Source: Gallionellaceae bacterium | GTDB lineage: Bacteria; Pseudomonadota; Gammaproteobacteria; Burkholderiales; Gallionellaceae | Assembly (NCBI GenBank): GCA_036523795.1 | Contig: DATDDN010000106.1 | Span: 1 to 15,278, forward strand | DNA: 15,278 nucleotides | Reading direction: 5' to 3' | Shown: piece after piece, positions 14,189-15,278 of the stretch | How positions within the stretch are numbered: position 1 is the first letter of the stretch | Layout: every line of letters starts with the position of its first letter | The notes under the pieces: model-generated | What the model saw: only the letters and a program-made list of their open reading frames with translations | Told to the model about the DNA's origin: nothing | Databases searched by the model: none | Program-made: the position numbers and the translations under genes

Positions 14189-14311
14189 CTATGTGTGTAA
14201 TCTTAAAATAACTCGGCTAACTACCCATGCCGTATACAGTTTTTTCTGTATGCCTGTTTTGCGAGCAGCCGCAGATATTTTTTAAATTCAATAGCTTGCC
14301 TACAAATGGTA

Positions 14312-14341
14312 GAGGCCGCAGGAAAAATCTCCTGCGGCCTC
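14312..14341 (-). terminator. Perfect 12-bp inverted repeat GAGGCCGCAGGA-aaaatc-TCCTGCGGCCTC downstream of hemE; probable (U-tract-poor) terminator or RNA stability hairpin
   Basis: Seen directly. Lies 48-77 nt past the hemE stop on the minus strand. The downstream U-tract is weak (CCAUUUGU), so it may be a rho-dependent pause or stabiliser rather than a classic intrinsic terminator. Confidence 0.45.
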
Positions 14342-14388
14342 TGCTGTATTCCCGTGCTTGTGCATAAGCGCGGGCTTGTCAAGCACGA

Positions 14389-15278
14389 TTAATGGTATTT
14401 ACGGCTGAGCTCATGCACTGCGGCCACTAGGGCTGCGGCATTGGCCGGGTCGGTAAATTGCGAGATGCCATGGCCGAGGTTGAACACGTGGCCGCTGCCG
14501 AAACCGTAACTGGCCAGGATTTTTTCCACTTCGTCGTTGATGACTTCCGGATTGGAAAACAGCACGGCGGGGTCGAGGTTGCCCTGCAAGGCCACCTTCT
14601 GGCCAACGCGCTGACGTGCCACGCCGATGTCCATGGTCCAGTCCAGGCCGACCGCATCGCAGCCGATGTCGGCGATGCTGTCTATCCACAGACCCCCGCC
14701 CTTGGTGAACACGATGGAGGGGATGCGCACGCCGTCCTTCTCCTTCTTCAGGCCCTGTACGATGCGCTGCATATAGGCCAGGGAGAACTGATGGTAGGCC
14801 GCGTGCGACAGCGCGCCGCCCCAGGAATCGAAAATCATCACGGCCTGCGCGCCGGCGTCGATCTGCGCATTGAGGTACTGCGTCACCGCTTCGGCGGTTA
14901 CCGCCAGCACGTGGTGCATCAGCGCCGGTTCCTTGTACATCAGGGTTTTGACGCGAGCATAGTCGGAGCTGCTGCCGCCTTCCACCATGTAGCAGGCCAG
15001 CGTCCACGGGCTGCCGGAAAAGCCGATCAGCGGCACGCGGCCGTCCAGCGCCTTGCGGATCTCGGACACGGCGTCGGTGACGTAGCGCAGATCCTTGTCG
15101 ATGTCGGGCAGGCGCAGCGCCTTGATGGCGGCTTCGTCATGCAGCGGGTGCTTGAACTTGGGGCCTTCGCCTTCGGTGAAGTACAGGCCGAGACCCATCG
15201 CATCGGGCACGGTGAGGATGTCGGAGAACAGGATGGCGGCATCCAGCGGGAAACGGTCCAGCGGCTGCAGGGTCACCT
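14389..15278 (-). CDS. hemE: Uroporphyrinogen decarboxylase HemE (C-terminal ~296 aa; the 5' end lies right of the window)
   Basis: …[33 protein letters not shown]…[19 protein letters not shown]…[25 protein letters not shown]…HVFNLGHGI…SRKYH is collinear with E. coli HemE. The frame stays open to the window edge. Confidence 0.93.
   Translation of the reverse strand, partial: VTLQPLDRFPLDAAILFSDILTVPDAMGLGLYFTEGEGPKFKHPLHDEAAIKALRLPDIDKDLRYVTDAVSEIRKALDGRVPLIGFSGSPWTLACYMVEGGSSSDYARVKTLMYKEPALMHHVLAVTAEAVTQYLNAQIDAGAQAVMIFDSWGGALSHAAYHQFSLAYMQRIVQGLKKEKDGVRIPSIVFTKGGGLWIDSIADIGCDAVGLDWTMDIGVARQRVGQKVALQGNLDPAVLFSNPEVINDEVEKILASYGFGSGHVFNLGHGISQFTDPANAAALVAAVHELSRKYH

Noticed and set aside
14234-14251. 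Possible LexA (SOS) box upstream of priA
   Set aside because: The repeat is ACAG-N6-CTGT. That is the reverse arrangement, with the wrong spacing, relative to the CTGT-N8-ACAG LexA consensus of beta/gamma-proteobacteria.
1-15278. CRISPR arrays, IS elements, transposase or integrase genes, rRNA
   Set aside because: No regularly spaced direct repeats, no terminal inverted repeats flanking a transposase-like ORF, and no recombinase-like ORF anywhere in the six-frame track. The island near priA seems to lack its mobility genes in this window.

Overview
High-GC window, probably betaproteobacterial, whose core is a non-canonical RtcR-controlled RNA-repair locus on the + strand (3143-8341). rtcR (1421-3016) is divergently transcribed. 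A sigma-54 promoter (3143-3158) is followed by a leader of about 475 nt carrying two tandem tRNA-like RNA modules. The first is a CCA-ended acceptor/T-arm minihelix (3286-3334). The second is a 73-nt near-perfect tRNA cloverleaf with an aberrant anticodon loop (3333-3405). Five co-directional genes follow: a cytoplasmic SPFH/band-7 protein, a small zinc-ribbon protein, RtcB RNA ligase, a Pol-beta-type nucleotidyltransferase, and RtcA RNA 3'-phosphate cyclase. The layout resembles the Salmonella rsr-yrlBA-rtcBA operon (Y-RNA tRNA mimics upstream of rtcBA) but has no Ro60/Rsr and has different accessory proteins. Flanking genes: a partial OFA-family MFS transporter (1-1300, minus), moaA (8516-9631, +), priA (11890-14094, minus) and partial hemE (14389-15278, minus). 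Between moaA and priA lies a patchwork. It contains a low-GC segment whose single ORF is split at a U7 slippery heptamer. It also contains a diverged (~9%), in-frame-deleted duplicate of the last ~370 bp of priA (10518-10805), a strong bidirectional terminator, and a signal-peptide-bearing Thr/Pro-rich low-complexity protein gene. This looks like the scar of an old integration or recombination at the 3' end of priA. No CRISPR, IS, integrase or rRNA was seen.
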